64,000 bases of DNA from Candidatus Bathyarchaeota archaeon (GCA_018396535.1 JAGTQC010000001.1:64001-128000), one strand, 5' to 3'; shown: positions 40,299 to 51,623, counted from the first letter of the stretch. Program-made: numbers and translations. Notes: generated from the sequence alone by a model not told the origin.

Positions 40299-41148
40299 GC
40301 CTTAGAAGCTCCTCCTCTGCTACTTTGAACATAAGATCTAGCGGTGGAAATATACCGAACCATAACTTGAACGAGTATGCAGCTTGATACACTAGCATAG
40401 GTAAGCCATTAATCGTGATCGCCCCTCTAAGTCTAGCTTCTCTTAGAAGCTGTGTTTCGGTAGGCCAGTAAATCATATCGAAGACTACATGACTACGATC
40501 TATAAGCGATGGAGAAATAGGGTACCCAGGTATAGTCATACCTACAGGAGTGGCGTTGACTATTATATCCGCTTTAGGTATGATCATCCTTTGATCAGAA
40601 TCAGATAAACTGCCATACGTAATTTTAGCATTAGAAGTTAGCGAAGAAAATTTACCAGCAACAGTCTTAGCCTTTTCCACAGTCCTGTTAAGTATTGTTA
40701 TCCTACATGGAATCATAGAGAGACGGTATACTAGAGCTCTAGCAGCTCCACCAGCTCCTATCACAACTATATGGAGCCCATCGAAATTGTTTACGATAGA
40801 TCTTAAGGTTTCAAATGCTCCAATACCATCTGTGGTATATCCTACAAATGCCCCATCAGTTTCTACGACAGTATTCACAGACTCTACCAACGCAGCTTCT
40901 TCGTCGAGCTTATCAAGATAAGAGATTATTTCATTTTTAAAGGGCATCGTTACGTTAAATCCTTTAATTCCAAGTGCTTTCATACCATGGACAGCCTCCT
41001 TAAGCATACTAGGCTTTATATGGAACGCTACGTAAACAGCATTTATCCCTAAAGCATCTATAGCAGCGTTATGTATTATAGGACTTAAGCTATGCTCTAT
41101 AGGATAACCTATAACTCCGTATAAACTGGTGCGACCTGAAAGCCTCAT
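40291..41148 (-). CDS. aroE: shikimate dehydrogenase
   Basis: GYPIEHSLSP, NVTMPFK, GAGGAARA, NATPVG. Confidence 0.96.
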   Translation of the reverse strand: MRLSGRTSLYGVIGYPIEHSLSPIIHNAAIDALGINAVYVAFHIKPSMLKEAVHGMKALGIKGFNVTMPFKNEIISYLDKLDEEAALVESVNTVVETDGAFVGYTTDGIGAFETLRSIVNNFDGLHIVVIGAGGAARALVYRLSMIPCRITILNRTVEKAKTVAGKFSSLTSNAKITYGSLSDSDQRMIIPKADIIVNATPVGMTIPGYPISPSLIDRSHVVFDMIYWPTETQLLREARLRGAITINGLPMLVYQAAYSFKLWFGIFPPLDLMFKVAEEELLRHG

Positions 41149-41849
41149 AGCCCTATCGCTACGTATATTTGTTTAAGTTTATCAATAGGTATTTGATCTG
41201 GAGCCGTTTGATACTCGTAGCTCAGCGATGCATAAGTATACTCTGATCCGTAAAGTGGAGCTAATATACGTGCAGGTAAGCCGTAACGCCCCATAGAAAC
41301 GCAGACGATTCTACCTTTTTTAGAGACATTCATGGTAAACGTTAAGAGAAGCAAACTATCTTCCCAACTTCTAGCGAAAGTAGCTATCTTGCATATATCG
41401 CATCCAGTACCTCTTATGGATTCGAATAATGACGTAAGACTATATAAGCCGGGCGTCTTATCGAAATCATGATATGAAACGATAACCTGAACTCCTGTGC
41501 TCTTAAATCTTTCTACGATCTTCTCTATATCCATAACATCGCGTTCTATATCTACATAATCTACACTAGAGTATACAGCTTCCTCCAATACAGATATCCT
41601 AGACTTCTCACCCCATTTCCAGAATCCTCCATGAGATCTGGCTCTGACAGTAGCTATGACAGGTATACCACTATTCACAGCATAGTTGATAACATCCTTA
41701 AACTTACCTATGTCATCAAGATAATCTAACCTTAATTCCATAAGATCTGCTTCAACTTTACAAGCCTCATCGATTAAATAACGAGCTTCATCTACACCCC
41801 TACAAGGTATAGGTACACATATCTTAGGTTTCAAACTATGATTCATCAC
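41145..41849 (-). CDS. aroD: type I 3-dehydroquinate dehydratase
   Basis: ELRLD, SYHDF..TP, KIA, MG..G..RI, APDQ. Confidence 0.93.
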   Translation of the reverse strand: MMNHSLKPKICVPIPCRGVDEARYLIDEACKVEADLMELRLDYLDDIGKFKDVINYAVNSGIPVIATVRARSHGGFWKWGEKSRISVLEEAVYSSVDYVDIERDVMDIEKIVERFKSTGVQVIVSYHDFDKTPGLYSLTSLFESIRGTGCDICKIATFARSWEDSLLLLTFTMNVSKKGRIVCVSMGRYGLPARILAPLYGSEYTYASLSYEYQTAPDQIPIDKLKQIYVAIGL

Positions 41850-42907
41850 CTCTCTATAACACGCATAGAATCAACTAGTATACCAAGATGGCGTGCACCA
41901 GGTTTTACGTATACGAGAACCTCGCATCCAGGTTGCAGTTCAGCTACCGATTTAGATCCATCTGGAGTTATAAGCCTTATAGTCTCAGCATTTTGAAGTA
42001 TAACCTTACCTACATAATCTGCATATACAGCTTCGACTAGTATTAGAGGTCTCCATTCTATCTTAACCCTACATACGTTTACAGGTCTACACTTACCATC
42101 ACGATCGACAATCAGAACATCACTACCTGCTGATAGTTCTGAAAGATATCTTGTCTTACCACCCGGTACGTATATATAGAGACCTACAGGTCCAGCGTTA
42201 ACCCTAAAAGGTCTTGGTTGTACATATGGATTCTTCCACACTTCTGCTTCGACTAGAAAGAGGAAGTTGGATTGACAACCTACAAGCATACCCTCACCCG
42301 GATTCATAAGCTCACAGGTATCTATACATACTCTTGCACCTAAACCTAATGATTTAATCGAGGATATCTTAGCCCTCCTAAGCTCTAAATGTTCAATACC
42401 CTTAAGCGTAGACTTTAACGCTACTATAGATGGATAATCCAGGTCCTTCAAGACCAATCCATCAACACCCAATTCTAATACGTTGGATAGTAATATAGCT
42501 TCATCCAGATTGGATGCTTCGGCTAATATCTTTACCTTTCCTTTAAGCATCGCAATTATATTTTCTAAAGGTATTACATACCAACCTCTACACCTAACTA
42601 ATACAAACTCTAATAGCTTTAATCCTTTCTCGATAGTCCTTGATAGATTTTCTAAATCTATATTAGCATCTAGCTCTAATACGTAGGCTATTCTCTTACC
42701 TTCGGAGATACCTTCAACTAGATCCTCTAAACTATGGACTAGAGATATACCTGAGTTAGTAGATAGGCCCCTACCATCCTGGCTGTAAGGTATAGCTAAC
42801 TTAGATTCTATTATCACGCCATCACATAACTCACCGAGCTTAGCGAGTATACCCTCTACATCCTCGATCCTAGTATTCGAAGGAAGTAGGATCCAAAGTT
42901 CCTTCAC
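41846..42907 (-). CDS. 3-dehydroquinate synthase II (archaeal AroB')
   Basis: IPLENIIA, RVCIDT, RPFRVNAG, KIEWRPL, ILQNAETIRL. Confidence 0.93.
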   Translation of the reverse strand: MKELWILLPSNTRIEDVEGILAKLGELCDGVIIESKLAIPYSQDGRGLSTNSGISLVHSLEDLVEGISEGKRIAYVLELDANIDLENLSRTIEKGLKLLEFVLVRCRGWYVIPLENIIAMLKGKVKILAEASNLDEAILLSNVLELGVDGLVLKDLDYPSIVALKSTLKGIEHLELRRAKISSIKSLGLGARVCIDTCELMNPGEGMLVGCQSNFLFLVEAEVWKNPYVQPRPFRVNAGPVGLYIYVPGGKTRYLSELSAGSDVLIVDRDGKCRPVNVCRVKIEWRPLILVEAVYADYVGKVILQNAETIRLITPDGSKSVAELQPGCEVLVYVKPGARHLGILVDSMRVIER

Positions 42908-42915
42908 TTATCAGT

Positions 42916-43719
42916 TCACCTACCAGCTATTTCCATATATCGTCTATATGCTTCCTCAAAGTCGACTCCTTCATGAACTATACTATATAGGGCGTAAGCC
43001 ATAGCATCAGGAGGTTTTGATTGAAATACATTTCTACCTATGGATACACCTCTAGCTCCCGCCTCCATGGCTTCGTTTACCATCTTGAGAAATGATTTAA
43101 CATCGGGAGATTTAGGCCCACCCGCTAAGACTACCGGCACCGGGCATGCTTCAACAACCTTCTTGAAACTCTTCATATCACCGGTATAAACCGTCTTAAC
43201 CACATCTGCACCCAGCTCTGCCCCGAGTCTTGCTGCATGGGCTACCACCTCTACATCATATTCCGAAGCAATTTTAGGACCTCTAGGATACATCATAGCT
43301 AATAATGGCATCTGCCACCTATCACATAGATCAGATACCCTCCCAAGTTTCCTAAGCATATAATGCTCCTTTTCGGCTCCAAGATTTATATGAATAGATA
43401 CAGCATCAGCACCCAGTAGTATAGCCTCTTCGATAGAGGATACCTGAACTTTCCAATTCGGATCGGGGCTTCTCACCGTACTACCAGATAGATGTATTAT
43501 CAACGCTAACTTGCCATTATCCACATACTTGGCTATACCCTTATGGATAACGATAGCATCTACATAACCATTCTTCAATCTATCTATAGTATACTGTATG
43601 TCCGTCAATCCTTCTACAGGACCTGTAGTTACACTATGATCCATAGGGACTATAACAGTCTTACCATCATTTCTGAATATTCTATTCAACCTCCTATCCT
43701 TACCCATATGAATCCTCAT
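42916..43719 (-). CDS. 2-amino-3,7-dideoxy-D-threo-hept-6-ulosonate synthase (AroA', DhnA class I aldolase)
   Basis: [26 protein letters not shown]; adjacent to AroB'. Confidence 0.9.
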   Translation of the reverse strand: MRIHMGKDRRLNRIFRNDGKTVIVPMDHSVTTGPVEGLTDIQYTIDRLKNGYVDAIVIHKGIAKYVDNGKLALIIHLSGSTVRSPDPNWKVQVSSIEEAILLGADAVSIHINLGAEKEHYMLRKLGRVSDLCDRWQMPLLAMMYPRGPKIASEYDVEVVAHAARLGAELGADVVKTVYTGDMKSFKKVVEACPVPVVLAGGPKSPDVKSFLKMVNEAMEAGARGVSIGRNVFQSKPPDAMAYALYSIVHEGVDFEEAYRRYMEIAGR

Positions 43720-44792
43720 ACTACTCCCTCCCTAACGAGAAGTTCAGCTACAAGGATGGCTCCTTTAGCAGCACCTAAACGAGTATTATGCGAAAGTAAT
43801 ACATATTTTACACCATTCTCTAAAGCTGGGTCCTCTCTTATACGTCCTACTGCTACAGCCATACCCCCATATAAATCCCTATCTAATCTAGGCTGTGGGC
43901 GGAAGGGGTCATCAAAACATATTATAAAACGTTCAGGAGCAGATGGTAAATCTTTATTCCTGAAAACAGATTCACCAAATCTAGTAAATACCTCTTTAAC
44001 CTCTTCTATGGATGCTTTCCGTCTTAACGATGCATAAACCACTTCTGTATGCCCATCCTTGACGAATACACGCGTACATGTGCAGCTAATCTTAAAATCA
44101 GCTGGCTTTATCTTATCGTTAATTAGCGAGCCCAGTATTTTTCTACTTTCCACTTCAACTTTCCACTCTTCACCTCTTATGTAAGGTATAATGTTATCTA
44201 TTATATCTAGCGCTAATACGCCAGGTGATCTACCAGCACCAGATAAAGCTTGCATCGAGGTCATTATAACTTTATCTAAGCCGAATTCATCTAGAAGGGG
44301 TTTCAAGGTTACAACTAACCCTGTAGTCGTACAGTTAGGTATAGGTGTTATGAAACCATTCCACCCTCTACGTTTCTTCTGCAATTCTATAAGTTTCACG
44401 TGGTTATCATTAATACCTGGTACTAGTATAGGTACATCTTCTTCATATCTGAATGCCGACGCGGTGCTTACGACAGCTGTCTCCTTAGCGTATACCGGCT
44501 CTATCTTCAGAGCTACATCCGACTCTACAGCCGTAAATATTATATCAAAATCTGATGGGTCTATGGTAGAGGAATCTTTAACCTCCATATCGATAAACGA
44601 TTCCGGTATAGGCTCATCACAAAACCATCTAACCTCACCTTCAGGTCCTCTCAAAGCTTCTATGTATGGTTTACCAGCAGATCTGGGTGATGCAGCAAGA
44701 CAGTCAACCTTAAACCATGGATGACGATCTAGAGCTACCAGAAACTGCTGACCTACCACACCTGTGGCTCCTATTACAGCTACACTATACAT
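43716..44792 (-). CDS. asd: aspartate-semialdehyde dehydrogenase
   Basis: GATGVVGQ, PNCTT, QALSGAG, HNT. Confidence 0.96.
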   Translation of the reverse strand: MYSVAVIGATGVVGQQFLVALDRHPWFKVDCLAASPRSAGKPYIEALRGPEGEVRWFCDEPIPESFIDMEVKDSSTIDPSDFDIIFTAVESDVALKIEPVYAKETAVVSTASAFRYEEDVPILVPGINDNHVKLIELQKKRRGWNGFITPIPNCTTTGLVVTLKPLLDEFGLDKVIMTSMQALSGAGRSPGVLALDIIDNIIPYIRGEEWKVEVESRKILGSLINDKIKPADFKISCTCTRVFVKDGHTEVVYASLRRKASIEEVKEVFTRFGESVFRNKDLPSAPERFIICFDDPFRPQPRLDRDLYGGMAVAVGRIREDPALENGVKYVLLSHNTRLGAAKGAILVAELLVREGVV

Positions 44793-44801
44793 CTTTCACA
44801 T

Positions 44802-46034
44802 TCACCTCTTACAGCTAAAGGCTTCCTTTAGCATGGAAAGAGCCATCTCTCTAACCTTCCAGTCAACCAATACAAATATGGTAGACGAAACCGTGTATAT
44901 ACCATGTATATTTATACTTTTCTCGCTTAAAGGACGAGATATACCTGTTATGATCCCGGGTGATTCTTCAAGACCAAAGCCTTTAACAGCTAGCATAGAT
45001 AGCCCTCTACGTACGGCTACAGCTTTAATCCTACCATCATACTTATCTATCAATCCATGAACCTTATCGGCTGCCTGAATACAGTGATCCTCAGGCATGT
45101 ACACTATCATCGATCGATTATCACAGGATAAACCTAGTATATATCCCGTAGAACTTATTATTGATAGGGCTTCGCATAGTATATCTATATGGGAGGGTAG
45201 ATCCTCGCATAAAATAGCTACATAACCTACGGGCTTATCGTATACTTGCATTATATTTAACTCCTTATCTATGCCCCCCTTTATTATAGTACCTTCACTT
45301 TCTAAACTTTCAGATTTAAAGCTTAATACTTTAACATCTATCGATGGATCCTTATACGCTAAAGCTTTTTTATGAATAAACTTAGCTCCTACATCTGCTA
45401 ATACAGATAGGTCGTTCACTGTTATCGTATCTATACGTTTAGGATTCGAGACTATCTTAGGATCTGCCGTCATTATACCATCTACATCTGTTATCAGTAT
45501 AACTTGATTCGCAGAGATCCCTTTAGCTATGAGAAAAGCGGTTGTATCACTTCCACCCCTTCCAAGAGTTGTTATAAACCCGCTTTTAGATCTACCTATG
45601 AACCCTGGTATAACAGGTATGATACCTGAATCAAGCAAAGGTTTAACATGGAGATTTATCCTATCTATCGTCTCATCTAGGGGATATGCGTTACCGAAGT
45701 TTTCATCGGTTACTATCGGCCAGTCGTCATCATATGGATCGAAAAGTCTAGCTTTTAAACCTATAGAGTTAAGTGATGCAACAAATATTCTAGCGCTAAG
45801 TCTTTCACCCATAGATAAGATTTCATCTTTCATTCTAGGATCGCAGCAGTTTCCACATATGGATTCTAAAAGCTCTAGCAATCTATCTGTAGTATCACCT
45901 ATCGCTGAAACTATCACCGCTAACCTATACCCCTTTTTAACAGCATCAGCTACCTTGGATGCTGCTAGCTTTATACGATCAGGTGTAGCTAGACTTTTAC
46001 CACCAAATTTAACTACGAGGGTATTTAGAGACAT
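44802..46034 (-). CDS. lysC: aspartate kinase
   Basis: VVKFGGKS, TTLGRGGSDTTA, TDVDGIMTADP; C-terminal ACT domains. Confidence 0.95.
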   Translation of the reverse strand: MSLNTLVVKFGGKSLATPDRIKLAASKVADAVKKGYRLAVIVSAIGDTTDRLLELLESICGNCCDPRMKDEILSMGERLSARIFVASLNSIGLKARLFDPYDDDWPIVTDENFGNAYPLDETIDRINLHVKPLLDSGIIPVIPGFIGRSKSGFITTLGRGGSDTTAFLIAKGISANQVILITDVDGIMTADPKIVSNPKRIDTITVNDLSVLADVGAKFIHKKALAYKDPSIDVKVLSFKSESLESEGTIIKGGIDKELNIMQVYDKPVGYVAILCEDLPSHIDILCEALSIISSTGYILGLSCDNRSMIVYMPEDHCIQAADKVHGLIDKYDGRIKAVAVRRGLSMLAVKGFGLEESPGIITGISRPLSEKSINIHGIYTVSSTIFVLVDWKVREMALSMLKEAFSCKR

Positions 46035-46050
46035 TACTATCCATCACCTC

Positions 46051-46071
46051 TATATGCATATGATGCATATA
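46051..46071. promoter_or_regulatory. 9-bp inverted repeat beside the lysC SD (possible operator)
   Basis: TATATGCAT-atg-ATGCATATA abutting the GAGGTGA SD on the minus strand. Confidence 0.35.
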
Positions 46072-46123
46072 CTCTCCCTTACAGCTACCTACTTGTGATG
46101 CAAAGATAACGCATAAATATGAC

Positions 46124-46387
46124 TTATAAACTTATCTCTCCTTCACCGATAGCCCCTTTAGTCGACTTTCGATAAGCTCTCCAAGCCATATATATGGATA
46201 TACCTATAGCTATACCGAAAGCTATAGATATCATCGTAACCGCAACTGTTATCTCCATATACATACCGGAATATTTAAAGCGAGGGAGGAAGTAGAGCCA
46301 TAAAAAATAGAGTATGAATGCTAGTAGAATCAGATTTATGGCTGTTAGAATGACAGGCCTGGATTTACTACCCAATTTGTTCATCAT
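46124..46387 (-). CDS. small two-TM membrane protein
   Basis: Two hydrophobic helices; overlaps the upstream gene. Confidence 0.65.
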   Translation of the reverse strand: MMNKLGSKSRPVILTAINLILLAFILYFLWLYFLPRFKYSGMYMEITVAVTMISIAFGIAIGISIYMAWRAYRKSTKGAIGEGEISL

Positions 46388-46625
46388 CCCCTATAGACTC
46401 ACCTCTACAGTACACGATACCTCTAACTCTTCTGAGAAAGTTTGAACATAGAAAGCATTGTATGAATGAAACTTTCTGCTTCAATACTGGGCAATCTACA
46501 GCTTCTTTTTTCATCCTATTCACCATGGTTTTACTAGTCCCCTCCAACTCGCTGATAAGCTCCTTGGGAATCTTTAACGCTTTGTTAACTTGCTCAACCT
46601 TAATCTTAAATTTAGCATCATCCAT
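46368..46625 (-). CDS. small Cys-rich hypothetical protein
   Basis: C-x11-CxxC-x12-C pattern (CPVL..CFLC..YC). Confidence 0.75.
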   Translation of the reverse strand: MDDAKFKIKVEQVNKALKIPKELISELEGTSKTMVNRMKKEAVDCPVLKQKVSFIQCFLCSNFLRRVRGIVYCRGESIGDDEQIG

Positions 46626-46684
46626 ACCGCTTAACCCATAAATGCTTATAGATCTAAGGGTTATAAAGCTATTCTCTAAGAGTA

Positions 46685-47641
46685 ATGAGTATGCGAGATA
46701 CGCTATTAAGTAGAAGCGTTAAAGACTACCGCTTAAAGGAGTATATGCCCATTAGCGAACTCATAGAATGCATGCAACATAGTGGCGGTTTCACAGCAAA
46801 GAATCTAGCTGAAGCTGTAAGAATACTTTCGGAAGTATTAAGCGATGATAGCTATACTCTATTATTTTCATTTCCAGCTTGCATAGTAGCTACAGGTCTT
46901 AGGGGCGTTATAGCTGATTTCATAAGCAGAGGTCACGTTGATGGTATTGTTACGACAGGCGGGACCATAGATCATGATATAGCTAAGGCTTATGGCAATT
47001 ACTATCATGGATCCTTCGATCTAGACGATATCCTTCTGAATAGACTCAATATACATAGGTTAGGAAATGTTCTGATCCCTATGGAGAATTATGGTTTACT
47101 TATAGAATCTAAGATAACACAGATATTAGATGAGTTAAGTAAGATTAAATGTAGATGGAGTGTACGAGAATTGTGTTGGGAGTTAGGTAAGAGAATAGAT
47201 GATGAAAATTCCATACTTAAAGCGTTATACCTACGTAGGATTCCGTTATATTCGCTTGGAGTTCTAGATTCATGCTTTGGATTCCAATTATTCCTATATT
47301 CTAGAAGAGGGAAGTTTGATCTGGATTTCTGGAGCGATATGGGTAGTCTTCTAGATCAGATATACGAAGCTGAGAAACTGGCTGCATTAATAGTAGGCGG
47401 AGGAATAAGCAAACATACAGTGATATGGTATAGCCAATTTAGAGGCGGGCTAGATAAAGCCATATATGTAACAACTGCGGTCGAATATGATGGTAGCCTT
47501 TCAGGAGCTAGACCTAGAGAGGCGATAAGCTGGGGTAAATTGAAGCCTGAGGCAGATCATGTAGTAGTCGATGGAGAGGCTACGATAATACTACCCATAC
47601 TGCTACTAGCAGTATATGAAAAACTTAGCAAGGATAAATAG
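46685..47641 (+). CDS. dys: deoxyhypusine synthase
   Basis: TGLRG, TTGGTIDHD, HRLGN, GGGISKH, DGSLSGARPREAISWGK. Confidence 0.96.
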   Translation: MSMRDTLLSRSVKDYRLKEYMPISELIECMQHSGGFTAKNLAEAVRILSEVLSDDSYTLLFSFPACIVATGLRGVIADFISRGHVDGIVTTGGTIDHDIAKAYGNYYHGSFDLDDILLNRLNIHRLGNVLIPMENYGLLIESKITQILDELSKIKCRWSVRELCWELGKRIDDENSILKALYLRRIPLYSLGVLDSCFGFQLFLYSRRGKFDLDFWSDMGSLLDQIYEAEKLAALIVGGGISKHTVIWYSQFRGGLDKAIYVTTAVEYDGSLSGARPREAISWGKLKPEADHVVVDGEATIILPILLLAVYEKLSKDK

Positions 47642-47644
47642 ATT

Positions 47645-48400
47645 TTAAGTATACAACATTAGTATTACACTGGAGAGTGTAATAATTACCATTTCAAGTT
47701 TTGTTAAATAATTTTTCACTAATATTATCACAAATAATGGCTTCGTCTGTTGGAGACATACCATTACTGAGCCATCAGTTTAAGTTAAAGTGTAGAATAA
47801 GAACATATGTCTAAGGGCAATACCCATACCAGACTTCTACAGAGATTAAACAGATACGTATAAAGGCATTTTGAAGCTGAAAGTAGAAGACATAGAGTGA
47901 TTGTTGAAATATCCCTATGGTGGAGGTATTTCATATGCTTAGTCCATATTTCCTGATAGTGTAGCCAAATCCGCTGAATATTATTCCTTAGCATCTCTTC
48001 CATATGTCGTTAAAAGCGGTACTAGAATAGAGCAAAGGATTATAAATGCCATACCTAGCATTAACGTATAAGTTGTTCTCCTCTTCAAAATCAGGTAAGC
48101 GAAGATTATTAGTAAATTAGGAATTTATATAGCTGTTAAGGATGATGCCATAGTTACGCCAAGTTTTCCATATCCATATAATTGTAGTATTATACATGTG
48201 CTACTAGTGATATAGGTTCATATCAATCCATCAGTAGAACTATAGCTAATGGTATAAAAGGTACCAAACCTACGATTATTAAGCTTAATGAAACGGTTAG
48301 GAGGCCTGTATATTCGATGCATCTTCTTGTAGATACGCAGTCCATAGGAGGAGCACGGTTATTGCTAATAGAGTTTCTATCCAATACTAAAGGGGGTATT
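47645..48400 (-). pseudogene. degraded DMT/EamA-family transporter
   Basis: Fragments YGYGKLGVTMASSLTAI*IPNLLIIFAYLILKRRTT..LGMAFIIL and QTKPLFVIILVKNYLTKLE resemble the two EamA repeat ends; multiple stops and a frameshift. Confidence 0.55.
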
Positions 48401-48408
48401 CGATACCC

Positions 48409-48813
48409 TTATTTTAAAAGCTTAAGCTTTCCTGTTATTTTATCTACAAGTTCTATCGGAGCGGGCCCTATAGCTAGACATGTTACTGTTTCAGGTGGAA
48501 GCTCCGTTAACCCTTTATCCTTTATCAAAGCTATTGGCAGATTCAATTTCTCAGCTTCACATTTCAATCTTAAAAGCTCTTCCAACGTATTTACGTAAAG
48601 TACTATCTTCCTTTGCCCCTCCTTCATCCATCCTTCCCACCATATAGGTTTATGGACTCTAGCATTTTCCGAAGCCTCGACAGCTGCATGTGCTACTTGA
48701 GCACAAAGCTTACCTCTCGATAAATTCAGATCCAATCTAACGATTATGTTCTGAGTATACTTAAAAGCATTAGATGAGTCGAATGTTTCTATGTAATTAA
48801 TATAATCGTTCAT
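48409..48813 (-). CDS. pth2: peptidyl-tRNA hydrolase Pth2
   Basis: [28 protein letters not shown]. Confidence 0.95.
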   Translation of the reverse strand: MNDYINYIETFDSSNAFKYTQNIIVRLDLNLSRGKLCAQVAHAAVEASENARVHKPIWWEGWMKEGQRKIVLYVNTLEELLRLKCEAEKLNLPIALIKDKGLTELPPETVTCLAIGPAPIELVDKITGKLKLLK

Positions 48814-49124
48814 CGAGGAGTAAGCTTCACCTCTATGTGGACTTCTTCTGGTATTCTTATCCTCATGAACCTTCTCATAAAACTATCGTTGGCAGGCACC
48901 TTTATTAAGCGTTTATGTATCTTTAAAGTCCATCTATCAAACGTATGACTACCTTCACCACATGGAGTTTTCCTAGTTACTATCTTTATACGCTTAGTAG
49001 GTAGAGGTATAGGACCTGATATAGGCACACCTGTTTTCTCAGCTACCTCCTTTATCTCTCTACAGACCTCCTCCAGTTTTTCTAAATTAGTCGATACCAA
49101 TTTAATCGAAGCTACTTGTGACAT
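48810..49124 (-). CDS. rps10: 30S ribosomal protein S10 (uS10)
   Basis: [23 protein letters not shown]. Confidence 0.97.
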   Translation of the reverse strand: MSQVASIKLVSTNLEKLEEVCREIKEVAEKTGVPISGPIPLPTKRIKIVTRKTPCGEGSHTFDRWTLKIHKRLIKVPANDSFMRRFMRIRIPEEVHIEVKLTPR

Positions 49125-49191
49125 AGCCTTCTAACCAAGTGAGAAAGGAATTAAGCGAATATTTTAACTTTTCACTGAAATAAAAAATGGA

Positions 49192-50508
49192 CTACTTCTT
49201 GACCTCGAGGGGGACCTTCTGTGTTATTTCTTTCACTATACCTGCAGCTATAGTCATGCCCATATCTCTTATAGCAAATCTGCCTAACTGCGGAAATTCT
49301 GAGTATAGCTCTGCTACCACAGGTTTAAGCGGCTGAAGCCTTACTAAAGCAATATCACCGGTTCTAAGGAATGATGGATGATCTTCTATAACTTCACCAG
49401 TTCTTGGGTTAATCTTAGCTATAAGCTCCACAAATTTCACAGGTACAGTAGCAGTATGTATGTGCAACACCGGTGTATAGCCTGCAGCTATAGCAGTCGG
49501 ATGATACACGACGACTATTTGACCTATGAATTCACTTACAACTGTTGGTGGATTATCTAAAGGACCAGCTACATCACCCCTACGGATATCTGTACGGCTT
49601 AACCCCCTAACGTTGAATCCTATGTTATCACCAGGTAAGGCTTCCTTTATCCTTACATGATGTGTCTCTATGGATCTCACCTCACCTATCTTACCTGATG
49701 GAGCAAATATAACCCTATCACCCTCCTTAAGTACTCCTGTTTCAACCCTACCGACAGGGACTGTACCTACACCGGATATGCTATAGACATCCTGTACAGG
49801 TATCCTTAAAGGCTTATCGATAGGTTTTGGCGGAACTTCAAAGTAGTCTAACGCCTCAAATAATGTTGGACCCTTATACCATGGCATCTTGTCGCTACGT
49901 TTAACAAGGTTGTCGCCAGTCCAAGCAGATACAGGTATTATGGGTATCTTGGATACATCGTATCCGACAAGCCTTAGAAGACGTTCTATACCTGATTTAA
50001 CTTCATTGAATCTCGCCTGACTCCAGTTTACAGATGGATCATCCATCTTATTGATAACTACTAGAAGCTGGTTTACACCGAGAGTCTTTAGTAGGAATGC
50101 ATGCTCCCTAGTCTGCCCCTGCGGACCTATACCAGCTTCATATTCACCTTGCTTAGCAGAGACTACTAGTATAGCACAATCAGCTTGACTAGCACCCGTT
50201 ATCATATTCTTTATGAAGTCTCTGTGACCAGGGGCATCTATCAAAGTGAAGAAGTACTTACTAGTCTCAAACTTCATATAACATAAATCTATGGTTAAAC
50301 CTCTTTCTCTCTCTTCCTTGAGTCTATCTAGAACCCATGCAAACTTAAAGGTCTCTTTACCTAGAGCTTTAGCTTGCTCCTCATATTCCCTTATAGTCTT
50401 CTCATCTACAGCCCCTATTAGGTATAATAGGTGGCCCATCATAGTACTTTTACCATGATCAACATGCCCGCATACCACTAAGTTGAGATGGGGTTTACTA
50501 GAGCTCAT
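49192..50508 (-). CDS. tuf: elongation factor 1-alpha
   Basis: GHVDHGKST, DAPGHRDF, NKMD, GRFAIRDMG. Confidence 0.98.
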   Translation of the reverse strand: MSSSKPHLNLVVCGHVDHGKSTMMGHLLYLIGAVDEKTIREYEEQAKALGKETFKFAWVLDRLKEERERGLTIDLCYMKFETSKYFFTLIDAPGHRDFIKNMITGASQADCAILVVSAKQGEYEAGIGPQGQTREHAFLLKTLGVNQLLVVINKMDDPSVNWSQARFNEVKSGIERLLRLVGYDVSKIPIIPVSAWTGDNLVKRSDKMPWYKGPTLFEALDYFEVPPKPIDKPLRIPVQDVYSISGVGTVPVGRVETGVLKEGDRVIFAPSGKIGEVRSIETHHVRIKEALPGDNIGFNVRGLSRTDIRRGDVAGPLDNPPTVVSEFIGQIVVVYHPTAIAAGYTPVLHIHTATVPVKFVELIAKINPRTGEVIEDHPSFLRTGDIALVRLQPLKPVVAELYSEFPQLGRFAIRDMGMTIAAGIVKEITQKVPLEVKK

Positions 50509-50603
50509 CTCTGCTCTTGAATATCCTTAGAGGAGCCTATTTATAAACTCTACCTTAAATGAAGTCGTAGTAGAAGTATCGTAAAGTAAAGACTATTCAA
50601 AAC

Positions 50604-51191
50604 CTACCTAGAAGCTGCTGCGATTCTCTCCAACTCGTCCCTTCTTTGTATAGCATATGATCTAGTGCTACCTTCAGCTGCTAATATAAGCTCATCAGCG
50701 AGACATTCATCTATAGTCTTAGGATTCTTCCAAGCAGCTCTCCTAGCACCTTCCACTATCCACCTTAATGCAAGATCTAATCTACGCATAGGCGATATAT
50801 CGACTGCTTTAAAGTATACTATACCACCATATACAACTTTAGTTACATCTTCGCATGGAGCAGCATTCTCTAGGGCTCTTACAAGAACCTCTATGGGGTT
50901 TCTACCAGTTCTTAGGTATATTAAATCAAATGCATTTTTAACTATCCTTATAGCCTTAATCTTCTTACCTGCATTCTTGCCAGGTCTCATAAGCTGGTTT
51001 ACAAGTCTCTCGACTATAGGCACATCTGCTTTACCAAACTTTCTATGTTCGTGCCTACCGCCTGTATACGGTATGATAACAGGCTCAAGACAGATGTATC
51101 TCTTTAAGCTTGGGTCCCTTACCTCTATACCTGTATATTCCCACTTACCGAAGAGCTTAATACCTTTATACAGGAAGTCTATGTTGCTCAT
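50604..51191 (-). CDS. rps7: 30S ribosomal protein S7 (uS7)
   Basis: LFGKW, VPIVERL, AVDISP.RRLD, ERIA..SR. Confidence 0.97.
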   Translation of the reverse strand: MSNIDFLYKGIKLFGKWEYTGIEVRDPSLKRYICLEPVIIPYTGGRHEHRKFGKADVPIVERLVNQLMRPGKNAGKKIKAIRIVKNAFDLIYLRTGRNPIEVLVRALENAAPCEDVTKVVYGGIVYFKAVDISPMRRLDLALRWIVEGARRAAWKNPKTIDECLADELILAAEGSTRSYAIQRRDELERIAAASR

Positions 51192-51197
51192 ACTCGA

Positions 51198-51623
51198 TTA
51201 CCTCATAGGCTTTTGAACTTTACCTTGAACTAGTAATTTAAGCGGAACACCATTAACCGTCGTAACTTTAAACCTTACACCAGGAATATCACCCATAGAT
51301 CTACCTCTAGTACCACCTATACTCTCTATTATAACCTCGTCATGCTCATCTACTACATTCAAAGCACCATCGCCCGGGAGAAAGGCTGTTACAACTTTAC
51401 CATTCTTTATAAGCTGTACACGTACACATTTCCTTATCGCGCTATTAGGTTGTTTAGATTCGATACCAACTTTCTCAAGAACTATACCTCTAGCCATCGG
51501 AGCGCCTTCTAGAGGGTTGGCTTTAATATCCAACCCTAGCATCTTACGCTTATACTCTCTAAGGCTCCACCTGAATTTCTTTCTCTTCTTCTTAAGATTC
51601 CTAGCTGCAAATTCGCCTGGCAT
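51198..51623 (-). CDS. rps12: 30S ribosomal protein S12 (uS12)
   Basis: [27 protein letters not shown]. Confidence 0.98.
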   Translation of the reverse strand: MPGEFAARNLKKKRKKFRWSLREYKRKMLGLDIKANPLEGAPMARGIVLEKVGIESKQPNSAIRKCVRVQLIKNGKVVTAFLPGDGALNVVDEHDEVIIESIGGTRGRSMGDIPGVRFKVTTVNGVPLKLLVQGKVQKPMR

